From: Eledone cirrhosa
Lineage: Eukaryota
DNA length: 64,000 nt
Reading direction: 5' to 3'
NCBI GenBank assembly: GCA_964016885.1
Contig: OZ024756.1
Span: 36,952,001-37,016,000, forward strand
The notes under the pieces are model-generated. The model was not told the DNA's origin. It did no database searches and saw only the letters and a list, made by a program, of their open reading frames with translations. Every line of letters begins with the position of its first letter. Positions within the stretch are counted from its first letter, which is position 1. The translations under genes and the position numbers were made by a program. Positions 49,080 to 63,784 of the stretch are shown in pieces.

Positions 49080-51052
49080 TATATATATATATATTAATAT
49101 ATATATATTAATATATATATATATATTAATATATATATATATATATATTAATATATACATATATATGTACATATATATGTATTTATATATGTATTTATAT
49201 ATGTATTTATATATGTATTTATCAATCAATCAATACCTCTCTAACCAATCCACAAATCAATCAACCTCATCTGTCAACCAGCCAACAACTCGATCGATAC
49301 ATCAGTCAGCCAATCAATGAATTGATCGATCGATTCATGAAACAATCAATACAAATGTCAACCAATCAACCAACCAACTAATCGATACAGTATTCAACCA
49401 ATCAATAAAACAAAGGATTCTAATGTAAAAGGTTAATCAATACCGTTTTTGTCGATTTTTCCATCTCTGTTCCTATCAATGGCTTTCATGATATTCCGTT
49501 GGTCGGTAGGTGTCGCTCTCATCTCTTTAAACAAGGCGTACTGCTCCGACTTGTCCAACTTGCCGTCGTTGTTACGATCGTAGAGAGACATGAGGTAGTC
49601 GTTGACGTCATCGGCTCTTTTGGATTTGTCTTTCACATTGTGTAACATCTGCGAGTGAGAGGAGGAGAAGGAGGTTGAGTAGGGTAGGAGTCTGAGTATG
49701 AGGATGGGGGGGGGGAGTATGAGTATGAGTATGTGTATGAGGAGGAGGGGGAGGTTGAGTATGAGTATGAGTATGAGTAGGGGGGTGAGTATGAGTAGGA
49801 GGGTGTTGAGTATGAGTATGAGTATGTGTATGAGTAGGAGGGGGAGGGTGAGTATGAGTATGAGGAGGAGGGTGGTGAGTATGAGTATGTGTATGAGGAG
49901 GAGGGGGAGGTTGAATATGAGTATGAGTATGAGTATGAGTATGAGTATGATGAGGAGTGGTGAGTAAGAGTATGTGTATGAGGAGGAGGGGGAGGTTGAA
50001 TATGAGTATGAGTATGAGTATGATGAGAGGAGGTTGAGTATGAGTATGAGTATGTGTATGAGTATGAGTATGAGGAGGAGGAGGGGAGGTTGAGTATGAG
50101 GAGGAGGAGGAGGAGGGGAGGTTGAGTATGAGTATGGGGAGGAGGAGGAGAGGAGGTTGAGTATGAGTATGAGTATGTGTATGTATGAGTATGAGGAGGA
50201 GGAGGGGAGGTTGAGTATGAGTATGAGGAGGAGGGGGAGGTTGAGTATGAGTATGAGGAGGAGGGGGTGAGTATGAGTATGAGGAGGAGGGTGGTGAGTA
50301 TGAGTAAGAGTATGTGTATGAGGAGGAGGGGGAGGTTGAATATGAGTATGAGTATGAGTATGAGTATGATGAGGAGAAGGATGAGAGGAGGTTGAGTATG
50401 AGTATGAGTATGTGTATGAGTATGAGTATGAGGAGGAGGAGGGGAGGTTGAGTATGAGTATGAGGAGGAGGAGGAGGAGGGGAGGTTGAGTATGAGTATG
50501 AGGAGGAGGAGGAGAGGAGGTTGAGTATGAGTATGAGTATGTGTATGTATGAGTATGAGGAGGAGGAAGGGAGGTTGAGTATGAGTATGAGGAGGAAGTT
50601 GAGTATGAGTATGAGGAGGAGGAGGAGGGTGGTGAGTATGAGTATGAGTATATGTATGAGGAAGAGGGGGGGGGGTGAATATGAGTATGAGTATGAGTAT
50701 GAGTATGAGTATGAGTATGAGTTTGATGAGGAGGAGGATGAGAGGAGGTTGAGTATGAGTATGTGTATGAGTATAAGTATGAGGAGGAGGAGGAGAGGAG
50801 TATGAGTATGAGTATGAGTATGAGGGGGATGAGAGGAGGTTGAGAATGAGTATGAGTATGTGTATGAGGAGGAGGGGGAGGTTGAGTATGAGTATGAGGA
50901 GGAGGAGGAGGAGGAGAGGAGGTTGAGAATGAGAATGAGTATGAGTATGTGTATGAGTACGAGTATGAGGAGGGGAGGTTGAGTATGAGTATGAGGTTGA
51001 GGTGGAGAAGATTACGTCTGCCACCCGTACACAGAACATCACACACGCACTG

Positions 51053-51094
<42 letters not shown>

Positions 51095-51734
51095 CTGCCA
51101 CACGTACTCACAACATCACACACGCACACACAAACTCTCTCTCTCACACATACACACATCTTCCACACACACACATCTACCACACACACACTCACATCAC
51201 ACAGACACGTGTGTGTATGCACCCCCCCTCACCCCCGCCACCACATCCAGTCTCCTGTGAAGTTCCCTCTAGTTGAAATGGTAACAACTGATCAGATAAA
51301 CCAATGACTTCCGGATTACTGATTGCTTTCTGGCAAGTAGACCGGAAATCCGAACAAATTATATATAAAATGTGTATTATGTGAGCGTGCGTAGTGCGTG
51401 TATAGGCGTGAGTGTACGTGTGTGGTATGTGTGTGACGGATGGTGTGGGGTGTGTCCATGTTTGGTGTGTGTGAGTATATGTGAGGTGTGTGGGTGTATG
51501 AATGTATGTGTAGGTGCGATGTGTGGGTGTATGAATGAGTGTGTATGTAGGTGGTATGTGTGACGGTAGGCTGTGTGTGTATGTATGTGGTATGTGTGTA
51601 TGTTGTGTTTATGTTGTAGCTAGGTAGCTGTCTAGAGTGGTGGCTGGTCATGAAGGCGGTGTGGTGTAGTGGTTGATGTTGGGGAGGTGGTGTAGTGTAG
51701 TGGTTGCTAATAGAAGCGATGTAGTGTAGTTCTG

Positions 51735-51766
<32 letters not shown>

Positions 51767-51991
51767 TTTTACCGTCCTCTTTCCACAACGTGACAGACTT
51801 TCTATACGACAGAAACACCAGATTATACAATAAAAAAAATATATTCTACTGACCGGCTCGAAAAGGTTGTCAGCGTCTCTTCGAAATTCACTAATGGATC
51901 TGAGAGATTCCAGCATGTTAACGAGGGGTTCTTCAGGTTCACCAGAAACCATTAGTACCAGAAAAGAGGCGAAAACCAACAAGTTCTTCAT
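48233..51991 (-). CDS. Secreted two-EF-hand prepro-protein B (127 aa), 3 coding exons: 51991-51854, 49648-49444, 48273-48233
   Basis: [17 protein letters not shown] (signal) [110 protein letters not shown]. Two canonical EF loops; phases 0 and 1 as in gene A. Confidence 0.85.
49444..49648 (-). CDS. EF-hand protein B exon: KR site and EF-hands
   Basis: Acceptor ctcgcag|ATG; donor G|GTATTG. Confidence 0.9.
49665..51005. repeat. Compound (GAGTAT)n/(GAG)n satellite
   Basis: Direct inspection; produces the spurious 537 aa and 529 aa ORFs. Confidence 0.95.
51854..51991 (-). CDS. EF-hand protein B exon: signal peptide and propeptide
   Basis: Acceptor tttcag| at 52027 upstream of the ATG; donor CCG|GTCAGT. 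Confidence 0.85.
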
Positions 51992-53258
51992 TGTTTTGTC
52001 TTGTTACGTTTGAGACGTAGCTTGCCCTGAAACAAATATTAGAAGAATATGCTAAAAATTAAGAAAAAAAGGGGGTAAAGTCTGCCACAAGCCTAGCAGG
52101 CTCACTAGGACAGAGTTTATCCCGGCTTCCTCACATTGAGCTACAGGGAGTACATGAGTTATTTCCCTAGGCAGGACGCCAGTCAGTCGAAATGTTAACT
52201 CCCAATTATTACTGGTACTCATTTTCAGGTGAGTACTGGAGAAACTTTAAACGAAGGGTCTTGCTTAACAACACAATATACCACTTGGTTCACCCCAATA
52301 ATTATATTTTTCTCCCCAAACTACCAAAATGCGCATCTATTGTATATGCGCTACAATTTATGTAGATGTTATATAGAGACAGAGGGAGAGATAGATATAG
52401 ATATAGAGAGGGGGAGAGTTTAGTGGTAATTGATATAGAGAGAAAGATTGGGAGAGTGTGTTGCATATTAGATATAGAGAGGGAGAGAGGTTGATGTTTA
52501 TTGATATAGAGAAAGGAATTTGAAGAGAGTTCCGTGTAGTAGATATACAGAGGGGGGCGGGGAGTTTGGCGACAATTGATATAGAGAGGGGGATTGGAAG
52601 ACAATTCCGTGTAGTAGATATAGAGAGGAGGGGAGAGTTTGGTGTTAATTGATATGGAGAGGGGAATCGGAAGAAGAAGAAGAAGAAGAAGAAGAAGAAG
52701 AAGAAGAAGAAGAAGAAGAAGAAGAAGAAGAAGAAGAAGAAGAAGAAGAAGAAGAAGAAGAGGAATTTAAAACAAATAATAATCAATAAAATACTCTAAT
52801 TGAAAAATATATTACAATAAATAGATTTACCGTGAGGAAAATGAAAAATCAAACGTTTCGGAAACTTGTACTTCGTCAGAGAGAAAAACTACAGAGGCTG
52901 ATACAACGGTTGTGAAAAAACGAATGAGGAATGAGATAGGATCATCGAGGAGGAGGAAGAGGGGTGGAGGGAGGAAAAGGAAGGTCAGGGTGAGTAATGT
53001 GGGAAGTGGTGTGAGTATATGTGAAAAGAGTAATGCTGTAGAAGGAAGAGTAAAGGGGAAGTCCGTTTGATAAAGGTTCGTAGCTAGAACCGGGTCAGTT
53101 GAAGTGGTGGTGGTGGTGGTGGTGGTGGTGGTGGGGTGGGGGGGGGGGGAGTCAGATCAAATGAATTGAGGATCGGAAAAGAGAGTTTTAATGAATTAGA
53201 ATAATAATGAAAACAATTACATAACACCCATATATACATAACTACATAGGAGCAAGCT

Positions 53259-53305
<47 letters not shown>

Positions 53306-53479
53306 GTATATGTGTGTGTACATACAATACATACATCATACAAACACACAGTTACAATAGGTCATATGCTCATACATGTCTACCCCCGGACATGGTAGCT
53401 GGTATAAAGACCACCCCACCCATTCCATTAACAAATAATGCCAACATTTAATCCTGAGAATATGAACTACTCATCCTGT

Positions 53480-53565
<86 letters not shown>

Positions 53566-53634
53566 CATATAATATATATAATATATATATAATATATATA
53601 ATATACATATAATATATATAATATATATAATATG

Positions 53635-53701
<67 letters not shown>

Positions 53702-53755
53702 CATATATATATATACATATATATATATACATATATATATATATACATATATATG

Positions 53756-53820
<65 letters not shown>

Positions 53821-54457
53821 GATTACCAGACACACATACACATAGATATACGCACACACAGAGGAATATACGTACTCACACCTCACACACTTAAAAGTCA
53901 GAATACAGTCAGTATTTAGAATAATTAGTTGGTGAAATGTTATAGGGCTGGTTGTAAAATGTCACCTTGTATAACACACACACACTCGTACTCACTCACA
54001 CACCCCACACACACACACACACACTCGTACTCACTCACACATCCCACACATACGCACACACACTAGTACTCACTGACCCCCCCACCACACACACACACCT
54101 GTACTCACTCACACACGCATACAAGCACACAGACTGCCCCCTACATACATACATACATATATACATACACACATACATACATATATACATACACACATAC
54201 ATACTTACATATATACAAACATACAGACATACAAACATACAAACATACATACATACATGCATACATACATACAAACATACAAACAAACATACAAACAAAC
54301 ATACAAACATACATACATACATGCATACAAACATACATACATACATACATACATACATACATACAAGTGTTGGGAGAATTGAATGGTGACAATTGTGAGA
54401 GAAAATAGTGTCTTTATTATAATGGGCGTCACAACATTATCACACACTTTTATATGT

Positions 54458-55070
54458 AATAATTGTTTCTACTTTTGGCACAAGGCCAGCAATTATCCCA
54501 GTGTATTACTGGTACTTTATTTTATCGACCCCGTAAGGATGAAAGGCAAAGTTAACCTCAGCACAGAGTTACGGCCCTTTATGGTCCGAGTTCAAATCCT
54601 GCCGAGGTTAACTTTGCCTTTCATACTTACGGGGTTGATAAAATAAAGTACCAGTAATACACTGGAATAATTGCTGGCCTTGTGCCAAAAGTAGAAACAA
54701 TTATTATAATACACCTTGTTACTTAATAATATTATACCAACATAAAAAAACACACTTTCTATTTAATAATTTTCTACCAACATTATCATGCAACTTAATA
54801 TTCAATAATTTTCTCCCAACATTATCATACAACTTAATATTCAATAATTGTCTACCAACATTATCACAGAACTTTCTATTTAATAATTGTTTCTACTTTT
54901 GGCACAAGGCCAGCAATTATCTCAGTGTATTACTGGTACTTTATTTTATCGACCCCGTAAGGATGAAAGGCAAAGATAACCTCGACGGGATTCGAACTCA
55001 AGCCATAAAGGGCCGTAACTCTATGCTGCAAAGCATAGTGTCCGACTCTCTACCGATACTGCGAACCCAC
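54458..55070. mobile_element. SINE family 1: inverted pair (54458-54705) and a full minus-strand copy (54884-55070)
   Basis: Sequence identity to the other copies. Confidence 0.85.
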
Positions 55071-55074
55071 CATA

Positions 55075-55795
55075 ATGTTCTACCGACATTATCATACAAC
55101 TTAATATTTAATTATATTATATCAACATTATCACACACCTTTCTATTTAATAATGTAATATCAACATAAACACTCTTTTTATTTAATAATGTTATACCAA
55201 CATTATCACACATCTTGGTACTTAATAATGTTATACTAACTTTATCACACACCTTGGTACTTAATAATGTTATACCAATATCATCACACATCTTGGTACT
55301 TAATAACGTTATACCAACTTTATCACACACCTAGTATTCGAGGATGTTATATCAATATTATCACACACCTTATTATTCAATAATGTTCTACCAATATTAT
55401 CATACACCTTAGTATTCGATGATGTTATACACACGTTTCTATGTAATGGTGGCGTGCCAACATTTATCATCACATTCTTAAGTAATAGAGATTTAACAAC
55501 ACTATAACAGACCCTCCTTATTCAATAGTAAGGTAACAACACTATAACAGACCCTCCTGTTATTCAATAGTAAGGTAACAACACTACCACAGACCCCCTG
55601 TTATTCAATAACGGTGTATCAATACCATCACAGACCCCCCCCCCTTATTCAATAGTAAGGTAACAACACTACCACAGACCCCCTGTTATTCAACAACGGT
55701 GTATCAATACCATCACAGACCCCCTTATTCAATAGTAAGGTAACAACACTACCACAGACCCCCTGTTATTCAACAACGGTGTCTCAATACCATCA
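55075..55795. repeat. Two adjacent degenerate minisatellites (about 39-bp TTATACCAACATTATCACAC unit; about 35-bp CACAGACCCCCTGTTATTCAA unit)
   Basis: Direct inspection. Confidence 0.85.
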
Positions 55796-56006
55796 GCCAC
55801 ATTTCTCTATATTTTGGTCTGCAAATGAAGCAAGAATTATGCAAAATCAAAACAAATCGAATTTTGGCATTTAAACACAGATACCGAGATAGAGATGGAA
55901 CACGAGGAAAAATCGATAAAAGATAGGAATGGTGTAAACACTATATGATATATATTGGTATATTATATAAATGGCACTGTTTATAGAGCAGCTCTATATA
56001 CATACC

Positions 56007-56039
<33 letters not shown>

Positions 56040-56052
56040 ATATATATGTGTG

Positions 56053-56087
<35 letters not shown>

Positions 56088-56099
56088 GTGAATATATAT

Positions 56100-56144
<45 letters not shown>

Positions 56145-56194
56145 TATGTGTGTATATATATATATGTGTATATATATATATACGTGTGTATATA

Positions 56195-56243
<49 letters not shown>

Positions 56244-56252
56244 ATATATATA

Positions 56253-56349
<97 letters not shown>

Positions 56350-56382
56350 ATATATATATCTATATATATATCTATATATATG

Positions 56383-56497
<115 letters not shown>

Positions 56498-56502
56498 TTA
56501 TA

Positions 56503-56589
<87 letters not shown>

Positions 56590-56626
56590 TTATATATATA
56601 TATATATATACATATATATGTTTATG

Positions 56627-56671
<45 letters not shown>

Positions 56672-57029
56672 AACAGACAGACAGACACATGTGTGTGAGA
56701 GTGTGCATGTATGTTTATGTGAATTGGTGCATTATATACATACCACTGTAAACATTGGCGCACAAGGTGTATATATATATATATAAGTCTGCCTTATACT
56801 GACTCCTATGTTAAATACAAGCCTCTATACACATAGCAGTGTATATATTGAGATAGTATACACATGATTGCATTATATATACATGAATATATTGTATTAA
56901 ACATTGAATATTAAATATGACATGAAGCCTCGAATGTTCTTAGAAATAAATATGAATGAAGCAGACGACAAAGTCATGTGTATATATAAAACACACGCTC
57001 ACATACACATATAATCATGCATACATGCT

Positions 57030-57175
<146 letters not shown>

Positions 57176-57235
57176 CATACGTGTATGTATTTATATATAT
57201 TTATATATATATAAATATATTTTATATATATATAC

Positions 57236-57266
<31 letters not shown>

Positions 57267-57298
57267 CATATATATATACATACATATATTTATACATA

Positions 57299-57339
<41 letters not shown>

Positions 57340-57459
57340 GTATGTAAAATGTTCATTCAAAATATTTACCTTGAAATTGGTGAAATTGTGAATGTTTCTG
57401 TGATATTGTAGTAAATTGTGTTGACTGCTTAGAGTAGGTCAGCTTGAGAAAGAGATGGG

Positions 57460-57496
<37 letters not shown>

Positions 57497-57643
57497 AGAT
57501 AGATAAAGATGGAGTGTGATGGAGGAGTGAAGGAGAGGAGCGATGGGGTGTAAGCAGAAATTTTGGAAATTTTGCAGCCGACACTCGCTCGCTCTACATT
57601 TCTGCACCGTGTGTACTGTGTGTGTATGTATGGTTAAATGTGT

Positions 57644-57702
<59 letters not shown>

Positions 57703-57714
57703 GGTATCTCCTTG

Positions 57715-57789
<75 letters not shown>

Positions 57790-58050
57790 GTCCATCTATA
57801 TTCCTGTATTGGTTTCAATCAAAGTTGAATATATCGACCCAAGTACCTATTTTTTCAATTCTCCTACATATTTTATCGACCGCAATTTATCGAAGCGCTA
57901 TGTTACAGGACATAAACACAGACAGTCACAGGCGAACATACAAACACACACGTATCACCACACGCATGTATATATATATATATATATATATATGAACTCA
58001 GACCGTAAAGGGACGTAACTTTATGTCATAAAGCATGCTGTCCGATGGGT

Positions 58051-58084
<34 letters not shown>

Positions 58085-58621
58085 CTATGTTTGTATATGT
58101 ATATATATATATGTGTGTGTGTGTGTGTACATATACATCATACATGTATTTATCTATCTATCTCTCTCTCTATATATATATAATAAAAGTGAGGGAGAGA
58201 GAGAGAGAGAGGAGAGAGAGAGACATCCACATATACAGATTCACACACACATACACACACACATACACACACACATACACACATACTAACACACACACAT
58301 ACACACACACATACACACATACTAACACACACATACACACACACATACATACACACATACACACGCACATAGACACACACACACACACACATACACGCAA
58401 AGACGCAGACACACACACACGCTGTATACTATTTCAGTCTCTGTCTGAACAGTTACATTAATGTGTATGTATGTGTGTATGTATGTGTGTATGTATGTGT
58501 GTGTGTATGTGTGTGTGTCTTAGTGTGCGTGCGTGTGTGCTAGAGTGTGTGTGTTAGTGTGTGTGTGTGTGTATTAGTGTGTGCACGTGTGTGTGTGTGT
58601 TAGTGTGTGCGTGTGTGTTAG

Positions 58622-58662
<41 letters not shown>

Positions 58663-59329
58663 GTGTGCGTGTGTGTGTGGATGCTGCAATATTTTCCCAG
58701 AAGAAATAATCAATGAACAATCGTATCCCGCCGCCCCCTTCCCCCAGCCCCACTTTATCAATGAGTCGATTAACCGCGTTATTACGTCACTTCCGGTTAG
58801 ACGACGACTACTACAAATGTCAGAGGAAACGATTAGGCAGAAATGATAAAGGGAGATAAGTCATTGTGGCACACTAATGAATATGAATGTGGAACCTTAT
58901 ATTGATAAAGATCTTGGTCGTGATGGTGGTGGTGGTGGTGGTGGTGGTGGTGGTGGCGGTGGTGGTGGTGGTGGTGGCGGGGATGATGGTGGTGATGGTG
59001 GTGGGGATGGTGGTGGTGAGGGATGGTGTTCCTGGTGATGGTGCTGGTGGTGGTTGTGGGGATGGTGGTGGTGGTGATGGTGGTGAGGTGGTGAGGTGGT
59101 GGTGATGGTGGAACTCGGGTGGTTGTGGTGGTGATGAAGTCGTTGGTGGTGGTGGTGTTACTGTCTAGTGGTGGTAGTGGCTGCGGTGGTGGTTGTGGTG
59201 GTGATGTAATTTGTGGTGGTGGTGGTAGCAATCGTGGTTGTGGTGGTGTGTGTGTGTATATATGAATTTATGCATGTATGATGTATATATGTATGAATGT
59301 ATGCATATATATAGCAAGAAAACTCTGAT

Positions 59330-59580
59330 ATAACACCTGCAACTCTGATGGTACCCAATGATGTTGACTTGTTCTTCTTTTTGGTAAATATCATCTTGGT
59401 TAAGAGACTGGCTTTGTGCAGTGCCTTTGCTCACTATAAAAGCTTCACGGCACAGGCATTGCTTTATATCTGGAGATCTCTCTGCACTTGTCATCACATG
59501 GTACCATGGGCCCAGCACTATGTGTCAATAATTGTCACAGGTGTTGTGTTTGTACCAGAGTTTTCAAGTCGCTGGCTGGA
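59330..59580 (-). mobile_element. Possible degraded RLE-type non-LTR 3' fragment
   Basis: Broken frame NTTPVTII..AHGTM..LHKASLL resembles the PVIIGALGT..QKAALL motif. Confidence 0.3.
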
Positions 59581-59950
59581 CTAAAAAGTCACACTCGTTC
59601 AGCGCATCGGTGGGGGTTCTCCTACATGGATATAAAGTAGTGGCCGTACTCGAAAACGAGTTGGCAGCCACCATATATAATATATATATATATGAATGTA
59701 TAAACGGCTCAGTTATTAAGAAAAGTAAGACGTCCAAAATTATAGACAAGGGTTATTTCCCTTGTCAATTCCTATATCGTTTCTTTAAAACTATTTATAT
59801 TTTATTTCTATGTTTTGGTACGTGAACTCTATGCTTTGCAGCATAGAGTTTACGTAACAGTAATGCACTGGGATAATTGCTGCCCTTGTGCCAAAAGTAG
59901 AAACAATTATTATATTTTAAAAAATACTCAGCGATCTGCTCGATAGATAG

Positions 59951-61559
59951 ATACATTTCTTTATTTGGCACAAGGGCGCACAAGAAAAGGGGACAATACA
60001 AAGACACATGCCGGGGATTTTACATACGATCGTGTAAAAAACATTTTAACATTAAAATATAACAATCGAAATCCCCAATAAGGGAAGGCGTTACAAATGG
60101 GTTGCTTTATACCCCATAGATAGAACAACCCTCAACTCCAGGAGCATGTTGTGCAAGTGCTCCTTTCTTCCTTTTGCTCTCCTCTTCAACCTACAATCTT
60201 ATATACAGAGAAGGCCCAAACACTCGGGCCATTTTTGCGACGTTCACCCACCTTTCAGTAAATTTACTGGGGTGCAATACCTCTCTCTCCACTCTGATTC
60301 TCCTTCTAAAGTGGTTCTTAAAGAAGGGAATGAGTTGTTGTCCGGAGAGAAAGGCACCTGTCCTCAGTGCTCTCAACCTTGTCCACCATATTACCTCTTT
60401 TACCATAGCCACTATACAGAGGAAAACCGCCTCTCTTTCGTTTTTAAATGAAGATACTGGTTTGAACCTTGCTATGGACTCGGCAGTCAACTGGATTTGT
60501 CAGCTGGATTTGGATGCGACAGTAGTTGTTCTGCGTAGTTCCACAGGTCGGTTACGCCCGGGCAGTGTACAATTGCGTGCAGGATGATTTCAATGTCGTG
60601 CTCGCATCTTGGACACGTCCTCTTGACATGTGCCAGTTGCTCATTTTCTTCGGTCTCCGCTTGACCCAGGACTGCAGCTCCGTCAGCAAGACAGGTTGCG
60701 GAAAGTCTTGTCTCACAAACGGGACCCACACCGGTTGGTCGGTGAGGAATACCTGGAGATGCCGTAGCCTCAGAGCGTACCATCAGCCACGGCAGGCCCA
60801 GGCCTCCGTTGGAAGGGTGCTGGCAGCAGACGGATCTCCTCACCAGTGGAGCCTGCTTCTTCCAAAGGAATTGGAAGAGAATGCGTTCCATTTTGGTGAG
60901 GTATTCACGGGGACAAAGCAAGACGGTCAAGCGGTAGTAGATGACGGACGCTATGAAAGTGTTCGCCACCTCCGCTCGACCTTTCAAGGACAGTTTGCAT
61001 TCTGCCCTCTTCTGGGTGAGTGCAAACAGCTTGGCCGTGACCTCGTTCCAGTTTTTCTCCACCTGGAGGTCCGGACCGTACCAGACTCCGAGCAATTTCA
61101 CCGGTCCTTCCGTCCAGCGTCCGACGACGTTGTCGGACGGCATCGGTTTACCTCTCCACGTTCCGAATTGCAAACTGACAGACTTGTCCAGGTTGAGTTT
61201 TGCTCTTGTAAGCTTTTCGTATTCCTGCAGTAAGTTGACGATCTCCCCGATTTCCGAGGTTTTCGACACCATTACTGTCACGTCGTCGGCATAAGCCGAA
61301 GCTGCTTTTCGCAGTCCCTGTCCCAACGGGATGCCCTGCAAAAGCTCCAGCTTCCGCAGTAGTGGCTCGAGAGTCAATACGTACAGAATAGAGGCGAGAG
61401 GGAATCCCTATCGGATGGAAAGGCGTGATTGGGAATGGCTCCGATAGGTAGCCGTTCACCTTGAGTGTCGAGCAGATGTTGGTATGCATGGCTGTGATCA
61501 AGCCTCTGAAGACAGCTCCGAAACCGGCCGCTTTGAGAACCGCTCCCAAGTATTGATGG
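59951..61559 (-). mobile_element. 5'-truncated Tx1/L1-clade LINE with internal deletions and an 11-bp TSD
   Basis: YADD motif (SAYADDVTV), the same downstream motifs as the 14874 copy, flanked by TCGATAGATAG at 59940-59950 and 61560-61570. Confidence 0.9.
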
Positions 61560-61744
61560 TCGATAGATAGGGGGGGGGGGGGGAGACAAAGAAAGATACA
61601 AAGATATACACAGTGGTAGAGAATATGTAAAGAAAGCCATAATACCATTGTGACGTCACTATCGGCTGTTAAATTCAATGGTAATGCTTTTGCACATACA
61701 CAGTCATACATACATATATACATATATATATGTATATGTACACA

Positions 61745-61837
<93 letters not shown>

Positions 61838-61879
61838 TTATGTATATATTTATACACAAATATATTTAAATATAAATCT

Positions 61880-61982
<103 letters not shown>

Positions 61983-62068
61983 AATGTACATGCCTGTGTG
62001 TGTATACACAAACATATACTGTAATGCATACACATACATAAATGTGTATCTAACTAGCTGTCTTTCTC

Positions 62069-62105
<37 letters not shown>

Positions 62106-62124
62106 TGCACACACACACACGTAC

Positions 62125-62172
<48 letters not shown>

Positions 62173-62173
62173 A

Positions 62174-62210
<37 letters not shown>

Positions 62211-62215
62211 AATAT

Positions 62216-62257
<42 letters not shown>

Positions 62258-62277
62258 AACAAATATTATATATACAT

Positions 62278-62341
<64 letters not shown>

Positions 62342-62380
62342 CAAATATTATATATACATATAAACAAATATTATACATAG

Positions 62381-62415
<35 letters not shown>

Positions 62416-62699
62416 CTTATTTACATATATATATACATATATCTATATATACATATATATACTTATATACATAAATATATATATACATATATATATATAC
62501 TTATATACATATATATATATATATACATATATACATATATAGATATATATATATATACATATATATATACTTATATACATATATACATTCATACATCCAT
62601 TCATACATACATACTTACACACACACACATACATATATACATACACACATACATAATACTTACACACATACATATATACATATATACATATATACATAC

Positions 62700-62744
<45 letters not shown>

Positions 62745-63011
62745 GGGAAATTAAACTATCTATTTATCTATCTATCTCTCTATATATATGTATGTATATA
62801 TATATGGGAATAGAAAAAGCGAGTAACAAAAATACAAAGTTGAATAAATCGACGACAATACAAAAACATTAAATGTTTAAAAAGAATAGAAAACTTGCAA
62901 CATTTGCATCTAAATCACATTTATTCTGGTGAACGGAACCACTATATCTATGTTTCAATATGGTAAAGTCAGCTTTATATTGTATGCATTTATACATAAG
63001 TATTATATCTA

Positions 63012-63098
<87 letters not shown>

Positions 63099-63205
63099 GC
63101 GGGTGTGGTGTGGTGTGTGTGTGCGGGTGTGGTGTGGTGTGTGTATATATGTGTATATATATATATATATATGTATGTGTCTATTTATATATATATATAT
63201 ATATA

Positions 63206-63270
63206 TATAGGAGATTCCTGATGATTTCTAAAGAATGAAACAGTTCTAGTCCTGTAGAATCTCATCTATA
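63206..63270 (+). ncRNA. Type I hammerhead ribozyme motif (family H2)
   Basis: GAGATTC-CTGATGA-T TTC taaa GAA T-GAAACAG ttctagtc CTGTA-GAATCTC; 7-bp stem I, 4-bp stem III, GUA triplet. Confidence 0.7.
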
Positions 63271-63274
63271 TTAA

Positions 63275-63335
<61 letters not shown>

Positions 63336-63395
63336 TGTATATATATTTATATTTATATATAAAGTGTATATATATATTTAATTATATGTATATAG

Positions 63396-63487
<92 letters not shown>

Positions 63488-63504
63488 GTGTATATATATG
63501 ATTA

Positions 63505-63553
<49 letters not shown>

Positions 63554-63784
63554 TCACACTAATCGTCCTGTCTTGTGTCCATTTGTTACTGTCCTAAGTG
63601 CACAGGAGCTCGTGGTATGGACCCTATTAACCGAAACCACAAGGAACTCCAGAGGTCGACTGATAAAAAGTTACTCTTCGCCCACCAAAATTATATATGC
63701 AGTTCTGTTCACATGCCAACACAAGAGCAAGAATGAAGGGTTCATTCTACTAAATGAGGCTTGTTTCCATAATTAACATTCGAT

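Noticed and set aside
49433-51222. 537 aa and 529 aa ORFs
   Set aside because: Satellite read-through; only 49648-49444 is a real exon.
52831-52890. Hammerhead (CTGACGA...GAAACGTT, minus strand) or 5' UTR exon of gene B
   Set aside because: Stems I and II do not pair convincingly; it could be a decayed ribozyme or an exon, and this cannot be decided from sequence.
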